NCBI GenBank assembly: GCA_964437445.1
Contig: CAYTGR010000009.1
Span: 1 to 58,501, forward strand
Origin: an uncultured Anaerolineales bacterium
Lineage (GTDB): Bacteria; Chloroflexota; Anaerolineae; B4-G1; SLSP01
DNA length: 58,501 bases
Direction of reading: 5' to 3'
This document shows, one piece after another, positions 1-7,747 of the stretch. Numbering within the stretch: position 1 is the first letter of the stretch; each line of letters opens with the position of its first letter. Under the pieces are notes generated by a model. That model had not been told where the DNA came from and made no database searches. It worked only from the letters and a program-made list of their open reading frames with translations. Position numbers and translations under genes: made by a program.

Positions 1-86
1 CGTAGTGCCGCGCTTCAGCGTGGCTCAGACGGCGCTAAAGCGCCTCACTACAAACTTTTCACGCTATTTTCAGAGGAGGTGCCCCA
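1..86 (+). repeat. Copy of a dispersed intergenic repeat (module M2). An imperfect hairpin GTAGTG..GCGCTTCAGCG..GGCGCTAAAGCGCC..CACTAC is followed by ACTACAAA..TTTTCAGAGGAGGTG, which supplies the SD for radC.
   Basis: Near-identical sequence recurs at 28265-28312, 30556-30620 and 30675-30752, and a hairpin variant at 5691-5738. The element ends with the GGAGGTG RBS 6 nt before the radC ATG. Confidence 0.7.
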
Positions 87-782
87 ATGACCTATTTAAC
101 CGTCAAAGAGATGCCCTCCGAGGAACGGCCCCGGGAGCGCCTGGCCCATGCCGGGCCGCAGGCGCTGGCTACCACCGAATTGCTGGCGATCATTTTGCGC
201 ACCGGCACGCCGGGCGAAAATGTGCTGACCCTGGCCACCCGGCTGCTCAAGCAGTACGGCGGGCTGGGAGGGCTGGCCCGGGCCGAGGTGGCCCAATTGA
301 CGGCCGAACACGGCCTCGGCCCCGCCAAAGCCGCCCAACTTCTGGCCGCCCTGGAACTGGGTCGGCGCTTGTTGGCGGCCGCGCCCGAAGAACGCTTTCA
401 AATCAAGATGCCCTCTGATGCCGCTGATATCCTGATGCCACTCATCGGCTACAAAGAGCAAGAACACTTTGTCGTGCTTTACCTGGACACCCGCAACCGG
501 GTATTGGATCAGGAAATCCTGTACAAAGGGAGCCTCAATACGTCACTGGTACGCATAGCGGAGGTATTCAGAGGGGCGATTCGCCGCAACTGCGCAGCGG
601 TGATTGTCGCGCATAACCACCCTTCGGGCGATCCCAGCCCCTCCCCCGAAGATGTGGCATTGACGCGGCGCCTGGTTGAGGCCGGCAAACTGATTGAAGT
701 AGACGTGCTGGACCATGTCGTCATCGGCCACAACCGCTACGTCAGCCTGCGCGAACGCGGGTTGGGGTTTGATGGCGTGTAG
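87..782 (+). CDS. radC: RadC-like JAB/MPN domain protein (UPF0758)
   Basis: 231 aa with an N-terminal HhH segment. The JAB metalloprotease motif [21 protein letters not shown] is typical of RadC. A strong SD (GAGGAGGTG) precedes the ATG. Confidence 0.85.
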   Translation: MTYLTVKEMPSEERPRERLAHAGPQALATTELLAIILRTGTPGENVLTLATRLLKQYGGLGGLARAEVAQLTAEHGLGPAKAAQLLAALELGRRLLAAAPEERFQIKMPSDAADILMPLIGYKEQEHFVVLYLDTRNRVLDQEILYKGSLNTSLVRIAEVFRGAIRRNCAAVIVAHNHPSGDPSPSPEDVALTRRLVEAGKLIEVDVLDHVVIGHNRYVSLRERGLGFDGV

Positions 783-800
783 GGCCTGGAGCCTTTCATG

Positions 801-838
801 ATAATAAAAGCGCCGGCCACTCTCCAAGTGACCGGCGC
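801..838 (-). terminator. Rho-independent terminator on the minus strand, downstream of the small ORF pair
   Basis: Hairpin GCGCCGGCCAC-tctccaa-GTGACCGGCGC (11 bp, one mismatch). On the minus strand it is followed by TTTTATTAT. Confidence 0.5.
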
Positions 839-982
839 GGGGCTGACCTCAGGCTACTTTCGCGGTCCCCGCACTCCCTGATGCGGTTCGGGTTGCCCCA
901 CCTGGATCAACGCTTCATTGACAATTTCCACCGCCATGTGCTGCCGGCTGTCCATCTTGACCTCCTGGTTCTGATCTGCTCC

Positions 983-1105
983 TTACCGAACCGACGGGAC
1001 CTTTTTTGTCACCTGCGCCGCCCGGATCAGGCGCATTCGCTGCGCTTCCAGCTGCTTTTCCTGTGCGTAGAACACCGCCAGCCGTAGAAATAAATCCGCG
1101 TTCAT
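983..1105 (-). CDS. Small hypothetical protein, 40 aa (MNADLFLRLAVFYAQEKQLEAQRMRLIRAAQVTKKVPSVR). It is a paralog of the adjacent 40-aa ORF.
   Basis: ATG preceded by GGAGGTG SD. ~45% identical to the neighbouring small ORF, with a shared motif Y-x-QEKQ-x3-R-x2-RLIRAA. Not in the supplied track (<60 aa). Confidence 0.4.
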   Translation of the reverse strand: MNADLFLRLAVFYAQEKQLEAQRMRLIRAAQVTKKVPSVR

Positions 1106-1132
1106 CCACGCACCTCCATCATCCCTTGACGA

Positions 1133-1255
1133 TTACCGGCGACCTTGCCGGGTCCCCTTAGCCGCCCGAATCAGGCGGGTCTGCCGAGCCGCTTGCTGCT
1201 TTTCCTGCGTGTAGCTCGCCACTATCTGCTGCATCTCAAACAGGTTCCCGTTCAT
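1133..1255 (-). CDS. Small hypothetical protein, 40 aa (MNGNLFEMQQIVASYTQEKQQAARQTRLIRAAKGTRQGRR). It is a paralog of ORF 983-1105.
   Basis: ATG preceded by GGGAGG SD. A minus-strand sigma70-like promoter lies upstream at 1307-1335. Confidence 0.4.
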   Translation of the reverse strand: MNGNLFEMQQIVASYTQEKQQAARQTRLIRAAKGTRQGRR

Positions 1256-1306
1256 CTTTTTCCTCCCGCCGTTTCCGGCTTAATTTACTCACCCTCAACT
1301 GTTATT

Positions 1307-1335
1307 ATTTTAACACATAATATCAATTTTGTCAA
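1307..1335 (-). promoter_or_regulatory. sigma70-type promoter on the minus strand (TTGACA-N17-TAAAAT) for the small-ORF pair
   Basis: The minus strand reads TTGACAaaattgatattatgtgtTAAAAT within an AT-rich intergenic island. It is divergent from the plus-strand promoter at 1430-1457. Confidence 0.45.
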
Positions 1336-1429
1336 TATGCAAACTAAAATAAACTCCCTTAAAATGAATTAATTTTAATGCAGTTCCCAATTATCCAAAA
1401 CCATCAGCACGGCGGCTGAAAAATTGACC

Positions 1430-1457
1430 TTGACAATTAAATTCCTTATGGCATAAT
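1430..1457 (+). promoter_or_regulatory. sigma70 promoter with extended -10 (TTGACA-N16-TGgCATAAT) driving the T-box leader
   Basis: TTGACA at 1430-1435, TG at 1449-1450 and CATAAT at 1452-1457. Confidence 0.6.
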
Positions 1458-1463
1458 CGCAGC

Positions 1464-1728
1464 TAATGGCGTTGATGGAGACGAGTAAGCGCGAGGCGCG
1501 GCCTCAGCGAGTCCGGGAGGGTGTGAGCCGGATGCCAGACGCGCGCCGAAGATCCCTCCGGAGCTGCTCGCCGAACGGTCAAACCCAGTAAGTGGAGCCG
1601 ACTTCGCCCCCCGTTAACGGGGCGCGGCGGTGATCGCCGCCGCCAGAGAGGCGCTGCTGTGGCAGTGCAACCAGGGTGGTACCGCGAGAGCAACCGCTCC
1701 CGTCCCTGTGGGACGGGAGCGGTTTTTT
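1464..1728 (+). ncRNA. T-box riboswitch leader (tRNA-sensing transcription attenuator), probably Ile-specific
   Basis: Canonical T-box sequence AGGGTGGTACCGCG at 1673-1686. The antiterminator helices GGG[UGGUACC]GCG-agagcaac-CGC-u-CCC compete with the terminator CCGCTCCCGTCCC-tgtg-GGACGGGAGCGG-TTTTTT (1694-1728). The stem I base resembles the GA/K-turn motif (GATGGAGACGAGTAAG). A possible specifier lies in a GAAGAUCC context, where AUC codes Ile. Confidence 0.8.
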
Positions 1729-1765
1729 GGTGGCTGCCGCCTATGAGCTCAATTAAAGAAGCAAC

Positions 1766-1924
1766 TTAAAAATTGAAGGTAGCCGGATCAACCAGGCTAA
1801 GACCAGGTACACGGGCAAAATGGACCTGGTTGCGAGTCACCAAAGGCACCTCATGAGCCAAACAGATGCCTGCAATGAGCATATCAGGCAATCCAATGTC
1901 AACTACCACGAACGTGGTTTCCAT
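1766..1924 (-). pseudogene. N-terminally truncated PIN-domain (VapC-like) toxin remnant, 52 aa
   Basis: METTFVVVDIGLPDMLIAGICLAHEVPLVTRNQVHFARVPGLSLVDPATFNF matches only the C-terminal half of VapC (D..IA..A..H...LVTRN..F.RVPGL). The N-terminal catalytic Asp region is absent. An in-frame stop lies 9 codons upstream of the ATG. It overlaps the antitoxin gene in a different frame. Confidence 0.4.
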
Positions 1925-2145
1925 GTTGCCCACATGGCTTCGCGTTGTTGATCAAAAGCAGCTTCATCCTCCGGTCCCCAACTGCCATAAAGCTGCTCTA
2001 GAACCTCGTCCAGCCGGTCAGGAACAGCCACGGCCGGCTCGGGTTTGATAATCAAGGGATCGCCAGGTTGCAATCCTAACCGCAGCAAACTATCGCGAGG
2101 AATGACCAAATCTGTACCTTGAAAGATCAACACTAATTCGCTCAT
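1903..2145 (-). CDS. AbrB/MazE-type (SpoVT_AbrB swapped-hairpin) antitoxin-like protein
   Basis: MSELVLIFQGTDLVIPRDSLLRLGLQPGDPLIIKPEP fits the AbrB/MazE N-terminal fold pattern. An own promoter lies on the minus strand at 2166-2194 (TTGTCA-N17-TATGAT), with a GAGAGG SD. The track's TTG start at 2163 would lie upstream of the predicted TSS. Confidence 0.45.
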   Translation of the reverse strand: MSELVLIFQGTDLVIPRDSLLRLGLQPGDPLIIKPEPAVAVPDRLDEVLEQLYGSWGPEDEAAFDQQREAMWATWKPRSW

Positions 2146-2165
2146 CTCCAACCTCTCTTTCAAAC

Positions 2166-2194
2166 ATCATAGCCCGAATTCAGGTTTTTGACAA
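2166..2194 (-). promoter_or_regulatory. sigma70-like promoter on the minus strand (TTGTCA-N17-TATGAT) for the toxin-antitoxin cassette
   Basis: The minus strand reads cTTGTCAaaaacctgaattcgggcTATGATg. Confidence 0.45.
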
Positions 2195-2235
2195 GAGTGA
2201 AAAGACATCCCTGGGGGAAGTTTTAAGGAGGAAAA

Positions 2236-5200
2236 ATGTTCAAACCTGTCAGCAATCAAGTAGATTTCGTGGCCCAGGAGCACGCCATGCTGGACTTCTG
2301 GCGAACGACGCGCGCGTTTGAGACGCTACGCGCGCTGCGTCGCGCAGCACCGCACTGGTCCTTCATTGACGGCCCTATCACCGCCAACAACCCCATGGGT
2401 GTCCATCACGGCTGGGGCCGTTCCTACAAGGACCTCTGGCAGCGTTTTTGGGCGATGCGCGGCTACCAGCTCCGCTACCAAAACGGCTTTGATTGCCAGG
2501 GCCTCTGGGTAGAAGTGGAAGTGGAGAAAGAAAAGGGGTTTAAGACCAAGCGGGAGATTGAAGCCCACGGGCTGGCCCGTTTTGTGCTGGATTGCAAGGC
2601 CCGCGTCCTGCGCCAGGCCGCCCGCCAGACTGAGCAATCTATCCGCCTGGGCTACTGGATGGACTGGAACGACCCCGCCACGCTCCGCTGGCTCGCCGAC
2701 AAATTGCAGGAAGACCCGCAGCAGCAGGTAACGGTTGCCGGGCCAGCCGGCCCCGTCACCGGCACCGTGGAACAGGTCGTCGGCCGGCTGGGCCTGCCGG
2801 AACTCGGCGGCTCTTATTTCACCTTTTCCACCGAGAACAACTACACCATCTGGTCTTTCCTCAAAAAGGTCTGGCAAAAAGGGTGGCTCTACAAAGGGCG
2901 CGATGTGATGCCCTGGTGCTCCCGTTGTGCCACCGGCCTCAGCCAGCACGAGATCGTCACCGAGGGCTACCAGGAGTTGACGCACGACTCGGTCGTGCTG
3001 CGCTTCCCGCTGCGGGGGCGTGAGCGCGAGGCGCTGCTCGTCTGGACAACCACGCCGTGGACGCTGACCAGCAACGTCGCCGCCGCCGTCGGACCGGCGC
3101 TGACCTACGTCCAGGTCCGGGCCGCCGACGGCTGGACCTACTACCTTTCCGAGGGGACGCTGCCCCGCGTGTTGAAGGGCAAGTATGAGATTGTGGCCCG
3201 GCTCAAGGGCGCGGACCTGGTCAGCTGGACTTACAGCGGCCCCTTTGACGACCTGTCCGCCGCGCAGCAGGCCGGCGTCCCGGCCCAGCATCGCGTCATC
3301 CCCTGGGACGCCGTCGGCGAGGAAGAAGGGACCGGCATCGTCCACATCGCTCCCGGCTGCGGTGCGGAGGACTTCCAGCTGGGGAAGGAATTTGGGCTGG
3401 CGGCGCTGGCCCCGCTGACGGAAGAAGGGCTCTTCCTGCCGGAGTTCGGCTGGCTGGCCGGGCGCGACGTCCACGAGGTTGCCCACGACATCTTCCACGC
3501 GCTGGAAGACAAGGGCCTGCTCTACCGGGTGGATGCTTACACACACCGCTACCCGGTCTGCTGGCGCTGCGCCTCACCGCTGGTCTTCCGCCTGGTGGAT
3601 GAGTGGTTTATCAGCATGGGGCCGCTCTACGACAAGCCGCGCGCCGAAGTCACGCCGGAGGAGAAAGAGCGCAGCCTGCGCTACCAGATCATGGATGTGG
3701 CCGATGAGATCCGGTGGATCCCCGAATTCGGCTACGAGCGCGAGCTGGACTGGCTGCGCAACATGTCCGACTGGATGATCTCCAAGAAACGGTACTGGGG
3801 GCTGGCCCTGCCGATCTGGGAATGTGCCTGCGGCCACCACGAGGTCATCGGCGACGAAGATGAACTCCACGCCCGCGCCATCGCCGGCTGGGAGGAGTTC
3901 GCCGGGCACACGCCCCACCGCCCCTACGTGGACGCGGTAAAAATCGCCTGTCCCCGCTGCGGCGGCGTGATGTCCCGCATCCCCGATGTCGGCAACCCCT
4001 GGCTGGATGCCGGCTCGGTCGCCTACTCCACGCTCCAATATCGCACCAACCGCGACTTCTGGGCGCAGTGGTTCCCGGCGAGCTGGATCAGCGAATCGTT
4101 CCCCGGCCAGTTCCGCAACTGGTTCTATAGCCTGATCACCATGAGCACCGTCTTTGAGCGGCGTGCACCGACCCAAATCATCCACGGCTACGCCACGCTG
4201 CTGGCCGAGGATGGCCGTCCCATGCACAAATCCTGGGGGAACGCCATCTGGTTTGACGACGCCGCCGAAAAGATGGGCGTAGATACCATGCGCTGGCTCT
4301 ATCTCAACCAGAAACTGGATGCCAACCTGCTCTTCGGCTACACCAAAGCCGATGAGACCCGCCGCCGCTTCCTCATCCCGCTGTGGAATGTCTATGCGTT
4401 CCTGGTGAACTATGCCCGCACAGATGATTGGCAGCCGCCAGCCGAATGGCGAATGGCGAATGGCGAGCAAATGGCGAATGGCGAATGGCAAATGGCAAAT
4501 GGCGAATGGCGAATGGAAGCAGAGAATTCGCCATGCGCAACACGCAATTTGTTGGATAAGTGGATTCTTGCCCGCCTTAAGGAGACCGTCGCGGCCATGA
4601 CAGCCGGTTACGAAGCCTACATCCCGCTGGATATCGCCACGCCCGCCGAGGCCTTCTTAGATGACCTGAGCAACTGGTACATCCGCCGCAGCCGCCGCCG
4701 TTTCTGGCTCAAACGCGGGCTGGATGCCGCCGCCGACGCCGACAAAGAGGCTGCTTACCGGACGCTTTACACCGTCCTGGTGACTTTCACCAAGCTGCTG
4801 GCGCCGGTCATTCCCTTCGTCACCGAGGCGATGTACCAGAATCTGGTGCGGGCCGTGGATGAGAGCGCGCCCGCCAGTGTCCACCACTGCGATTGGCCCA
4901 CCGCCGCCCCGCTGACTGCCGAGGAGCAAGAGCTGGTGGCGACGATGGCCGCCGTCCGGCAAGCGGCCGCGTTGGGCCACTCGGTGCGCGCCACGCAAAA
5001 CCTCAAGGTGCGCCAGCCGCTCGCACGCGCGTTGATCGCTGCTGATCCGCGCCGCCGGGCCGAACTGGCGCAGCTGCTGGACCTGCTGGCCGATGAGTTG
5101 AACGTCAAAGAGGTCGCCTTTGTGGAGCGCGAAAGCGAGCTGGTCACCTACCGCCTGTTGCCGGTGAACAAGACCTTAGGGCCGAAATTCGGCGCGCGCT

Positions 5201-5679
5201 TCCCGCTGGTGCGCAAGGCACTGGAAGCGGTGGACGCCACCGCCGCCGTGGCCCAACTGCACGCGGGCGAGCCGCTCACGCTAACCCTGGCCGATGGCAG
5301 TGAGGCGGTTCTCATGCCCGACGAGGTGCTCATCCAGAGCCAGCCGCGCGCCGGCTATGGCGTGGCCGGCGAAGGGGGCATCGTCGTCGCACTGGATACC
5401 ACGCTCACGCCGGAGTTGCTCGCCGAGGGACTGGCGCGCGAGGTCATCCGCCGGGTGCAGGACCTGCGCAAGGAGGCTGATTACGCCCTCACCGACCGCA
5501 TCGTCGTCCAGTACCGGGCCGCCGGGTCCCTGGCCGAAGCCATCACCGCCTTCCGCGCCACCATCGCCGGGGAAGTCCTGGCCGACGCTTTAGAGGCCGT
5601 GGACGCCCCCGTTGGCGATGCCACGTTGGAAGACACCGTGGAAGGACAACCGCTGCTCCTGGCAGTTAAACGCTCGTAA
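2236..5679 (+). CDS. ileS: Isoleucine--tRNA ligase, type 2 (eukaryote/archaeal-like IleRS)
   Basis: 1147 aa. The N-terminus MFKPV..FVAQEH..LDFWR is type-2 IleRS-like. Other motifs are HHGWGRSYKD (HIGH-like region), WTTTPWTLTSN, the editing domain, a KMSKS-like PMHKSWGN, and a C-terminal Cys-rich/anticodon-binding region. A strong SD (AAGGAGG) is present. Confidence 0.93.
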   Translation: MFKPVSNQVDFVAQEHAMLDFWRTTRAFETLRALRRAAPHWSFIDGPITANNPMGVHHGWGRSYKDLWQRFWAMRGYQLRYQNGFDCQGLWVEVEVEKEKGFKTKREIEAHGLARFVLDCKARVLRQAARQTEQSIRLGYWMDWNDPATLRWLADKLQEDPQQQVTVAGPAGPVTGTVEQVVGRLGLPELGGSYFTFSTENNYTIWSFLKKVWQKGWLYKGRDVMPWCSRCATGLSQHEIVTEGYQELTHDSVVLRFPLRGREREALLVWTTTPWTLTSNVAAAVGPALTYVQVRAADGWTYYLSEGTLPRVLKGKYEIVARLKGADLVSWTYSGPFDDLSAAQQAGVPAQHRVIPWDAVGEEEGTGIVHIAPGCGAEDFQLGKEFGLAALAPLTEEGLFLPEFGWLAGRDVHEVAHDIFHALEDKGLLYRVDAYTHRYPVCWRCASPLVFRLVDEWFISMGPLYDKPRAEVTPEEKERSLRYQIMDVADEIRWIPEFGYERELDWLRNMSDWMISKKRYWGLALPIWECACGHHEVIGDEDELHARAIAGWEEFAGHTPHRPYVDAVKIACPRCGGVMSRIPDVGNPWLDAGSVAYSTLQYRTNRDFWAQWFPASWISESFPGQFRNWFYSLITMSTVFERRAPTQIIHGYATLLAEDGRPMHKSWGNAIWFDDAAEKMGVDTMRWLYLNQKLDANLLFGYTKADETRRRFLIPLWNVYAFLVNYARTDDWQPPAEWRMANGEQMANGEWQMANGEWRMEAENSPCATRNLLDKWILARLKETVAAMTAGYEAYIPLDIATPAEAFLDDLSNWYIRRSRRRFWLKRGLDAAADADKEAAYRTLYTVLVTFTKLLAPVIPFVTEAMYQNLVRAVDESAPASVHHCDWPTAAPLTAEEQELVATMAAVRQAAALGHSVRATQNLKVRQPLARALIAADPRRRAELAQLLDLLADELNVKEVAFVERESELVTYRLLPVNKTLGPKFGARFPLVRKALEAVDATAAVAQLHAGEPLTLTLADGSEAVLMPDEVLIQSQPRAGYGVAGEGGIVVALDTTLTPELLAEGLAREVIRRVQDLRKEADYALTDRIVVQYRAAGSLAEAITAFRATIAGEVLADALEAVDAPVGDATLEDTVEGQPLLLAVKRS
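4444..4516 (+). repeat. About 10.4 copies of the heptanucleotide tandem repeat GAATGGC / AAATGGC, inside the ileS reading frame
   Basis: Sequence gaatggc x3, gagcaaatggc, gaatggc x2, aaatggc x2, gaatggc, gaatgg. It translates in-frame as ...PAEWRMANGEQMANGEWQMANGEWRME... with a 7-aa periodicity (3 units = 21 nt). It is followed by an inverted partial copy, gaattcgccat. Confidence 0.9.
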
Positions 5680-5690
5680 CGTGAATATTG

Positions 5691-5845
5691 GTAGTGAGGC
5701 GCTTGAGCGCGTTGGACGGCGCTCAAGCGCCTCGCTAAACCGGCGTTCACCAGCCGTGGGATAAAAATGTGAGCGGTGAGCAGGAAACAGAAACTTCTGC
5801 CTGCTGCTCTCTGCTCACCCCTTAACTGGTTTCTATATTTCAGAG
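5691..5845 (+). repeat. Copy of the dispersed intergenic repeat: M2 hairpin variant, then M1, then M3
   Basis: Perfect 12-bp hairpin GCGCTTGAGCGC-gttggacg-GCGCTCAAGCGC, then GGCGTTCACCAGCCGTGGGATAAAAATG (M1), then GTGAGCGGTGAGCAGG..CCTGCTGCTCTCTGCTCAC..TTAACTGGTTTCTAT (M3). M3 also occurs at 51850-51932. Confidence 0.7.
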
Positions 5846-5868
5846 AAGTTATAGACGCCCCAACACCA

Positions 5869-5902
5869 CCGCCCGGCCAGCTCTCTGCCGGGCGGTTTTT
5901 TG
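5869..5902 (+). terminator. Rho-independent terminator of ileS
   Basis: CCGCCCGGC-cagctctct-GCCGGGCGG followed by TTTTTT. Confidence 0.75.
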
Positions 5903-6034
5903 TCGGCCGCGGCGGGCTGTTGAGGTGGGCATGTCATTGCACTTTTTCATAAACACTCATATAATCAAGTTGTCAGAACATTCACGGAGTAAAGTGGCTT
6001 TCCAATCGTCATTCTGACAGAAAGGATCACCGGT

Positions 6035-7699
6035 ATGGGCTTTGTCCTGCTTGTGGAGCTGGTTCTGGCGTTGGGATTGGTCTTAATCCTGGGATTCAGA
6101 TTGGAGAAGTGGCGCGGCGCGCTGGCACTGGCCGAGTACACGATCCTGCCGTTGGTCGGGCTTCTGGTAGTCATGGTATTAGCCTGGCAGCTCTGGGACA
6201 TTTTCCCCCTCCACCAAATCCCGGCTGCCAATTGGCTCCCCTTTAACTATGTGGGGATGACCCTACTGGTCATGGAGATCTCTCTCTGGACCCTGGTCTT
6301 GAGTGCCTTGATCGGCTATTTCTTCAACGGCCGCATGGGGGCCTGGCTGCTCACCGACAGCTGGATCCTGCCCATCCCCACCTTCACGGTGCTCCTCGGC
6401 ATTGGCTTAGGCTGGCTGGGGATCTCGCAGAGCGGCCTGCTGATCGTGCTGGCGGCCCTCGGCGTCGGCTGTCTGACCACCTGGCTGACCACCACCTTTG
6501 CCAAAATCAAGCGCGTCTGGCCCTTCCTCGCCGTCTGGTTGACCTTTTATCTGTTCTGCGTAGCCGGCTATGCGGTAGCCGGGCGCATAGGCCTGCTCCT
6601 CCTCACCCTGCCGGCGCTGGCACTCTTTTTCTACCTGCTTTACACCTACGCCGGCCTCATCCTGCCCTCCGAACCGGACCAACAGCGAGATATTTTCCAG
6701 AGTTTGCTGACCTTTGGCCTGGGCACCAACTACCCTTTCTACCTGGTGGATGATTGGAAGACCCAGGCCCACAAAGACCGGGCTTTTCCGCCACCGCGCG
6801 TGGCCGGCAACCCCTTCGGGCAATTCCTGTCCGGGCCGGGGATCATCCTTAACGATTGCAACCATGTAGCCGTGGTCTATGAAGCCAACCGCTACCGGCT
6901 GCTGCCCCCTGGCCTGAACTTCACGCGCCAGTATGAACAATTCCACACCGCCGTAGACCTGCGCCCGCAGCTGCGGATCACCACCGTGGAGGCGGAGACC
7001 AAGGATGGCATCGTCACTAAAACCCTGGTTTTCATGCCCCATCGCATCCAAAACGGCGGGCATGAACCCCAGCTGGGGCAATCTTATCCCTACGACCCTG
7101 AAGCCATCCTCAAAGTCATCAGCCAACAGGCGATAGTAGAACACCGCTGGCAGCGCGACCCGCAGGGCGTCGCCAGCGAAGAGCTCCAGCCCATTCCCTG
7201 GGACGAACGGGTCGTTCCGGTGGGTACCGCCGTGCTAAAAGAGCTCATCGTCCAGTATACCTGCAACGAACTCCACACCCCCGGTGATCCGCGCGTCAAG
7301 ATTGCCGACGCTTTCCGCAGCCAGCTACGCCAGCGGCTCCCGGCCCTGGGGATTGACCTGGTGGGCGGCGGGCTCAGCAACATCAAACCTCCCGAATCGG
7401 TGGAACAACAGCGGATCGCCAACTGGCAGGCCAAATGGAAAAAGCGCATTGAGATGGAGATCGGTCTGACTGAGGCCGAGATCACTCGCCAGTTAGAGAA
7501 AGTCTGGCCCGAAGTGCAACTGGATATTATCAGAGAACTGGCCCAGATTCTGAGCCAGGCGGGCACTGTGAAAGATGACATGTTGGCATTGCAACTGGTG
7601 GAGTCTTTGGGTGCCATCCCGCCCAAAGAGGCCTCCGAGCCCAGCCAACCGGAAATCCCCTATGGCTTCCTGCGCGCCCTGATGCGCCGGGGGCGCTAA
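6035..7699 (+). CDS. Polytopic membrane protein with a C-terminal divergent SPFH/band-7-like domain and a coiled-coil tail. It is a paralog of the next gene.
   Basis: About 6-7 N-terminal TM helices. The segment GPGIILNDCNHVAVVYEANRYRLLPPGLNF..FHTAVDLRPQLRITTVEAETKDGIVTKTLVFMP aligns with the SPFH core of the downstream paralog (G-P-x-G-hh-L..N-x-V-V..L-x-PG..F...E-x-F..AVDLRPQ...T-x-DGI). A C-terminal helical or coiled region follows. Confidence 0.5.
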   Translation: MGFVLLVELVLALGLVLILGFRLEKWRGALALAEYTILPLVGLLVVMVLAWQLWDIFPLHQIPAANWLPFNYVGMTLLVMEISLWTLVLSALIGYFFNGRMGAWLLTDSWILPIPTFTVLLGIGLGWLGISQSGLLIVLAALGVGCLTTWLTTTFAKIKRVWPFLAVWLTFYLFCVAGYAVAGRIGLLLLTLPALALFFYLLYTYAGLILPSEPDQQRDIFQSLLTFGLGTNYPFYLVDDWKTQAHKDRAFPPPRVAGNPFGQFLSGPGIILNDCNHVAVVYEANRYRLLPPGLNFTRQYEQFHTAVDLRPQLRITTVEAETKDGIVTKTLVFMPHRIQNGGHEPQLGQSYPYDPEAILKVISQQAIVEHRWQRDPQGVASEELQPIPWDERVVPVGTAVLKELIVQYTCNELHTPGDPRVKIADAFRSQLRQRLPALGIDLVGGGLSNIKPPESVEQQRIANWQAKWKKRIEMEIGLTEAEITRQLEKVWPEVQLDIIRELAQILSQAGTVKDDMLALQLVESLGAIPPKEASEPSQPEIPYGFLRALMRRGR

Positions 7700-7747
7700 G
7701 CTGCCCCCCGAACCACTAACTTTGAATGCCAGACTTTAAGGAGAGCC

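Noticed and set aside
1866-2048. Plus-strand 60-aa ORF between the T-box and ileS.
   Set aside because: No SD and no similarity to anything. It is antisense to the better-supported antitoxin gene.
2326-3546. 406-aa minus-strand ORF, and similar long antisense ORFs at 3574-4491, 18279-19718, 22248-23216, 26636-27415, 37810-39636, 13421-13984, 20106-20675 and 7090-7626.
   Set aside because: Each lies entirely antisense to or overlapping a well-supported gene (ileS, SHMT-GcvT, transporter, clpC, binding protein and others). They have Arg/Gly/Pro-rich low-complexity composition typical of GC-rich off-frame translation and no recognisable motifs.
4444-4516. The heptamer tandem array considered as a CRISPR or contingency locus.
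   Set aside because: The units are 7 bp, contiguous, without spacers or cas genes. The array is in-frame inside ileS, so it is a coding microsatellite and not a CRISPR array.
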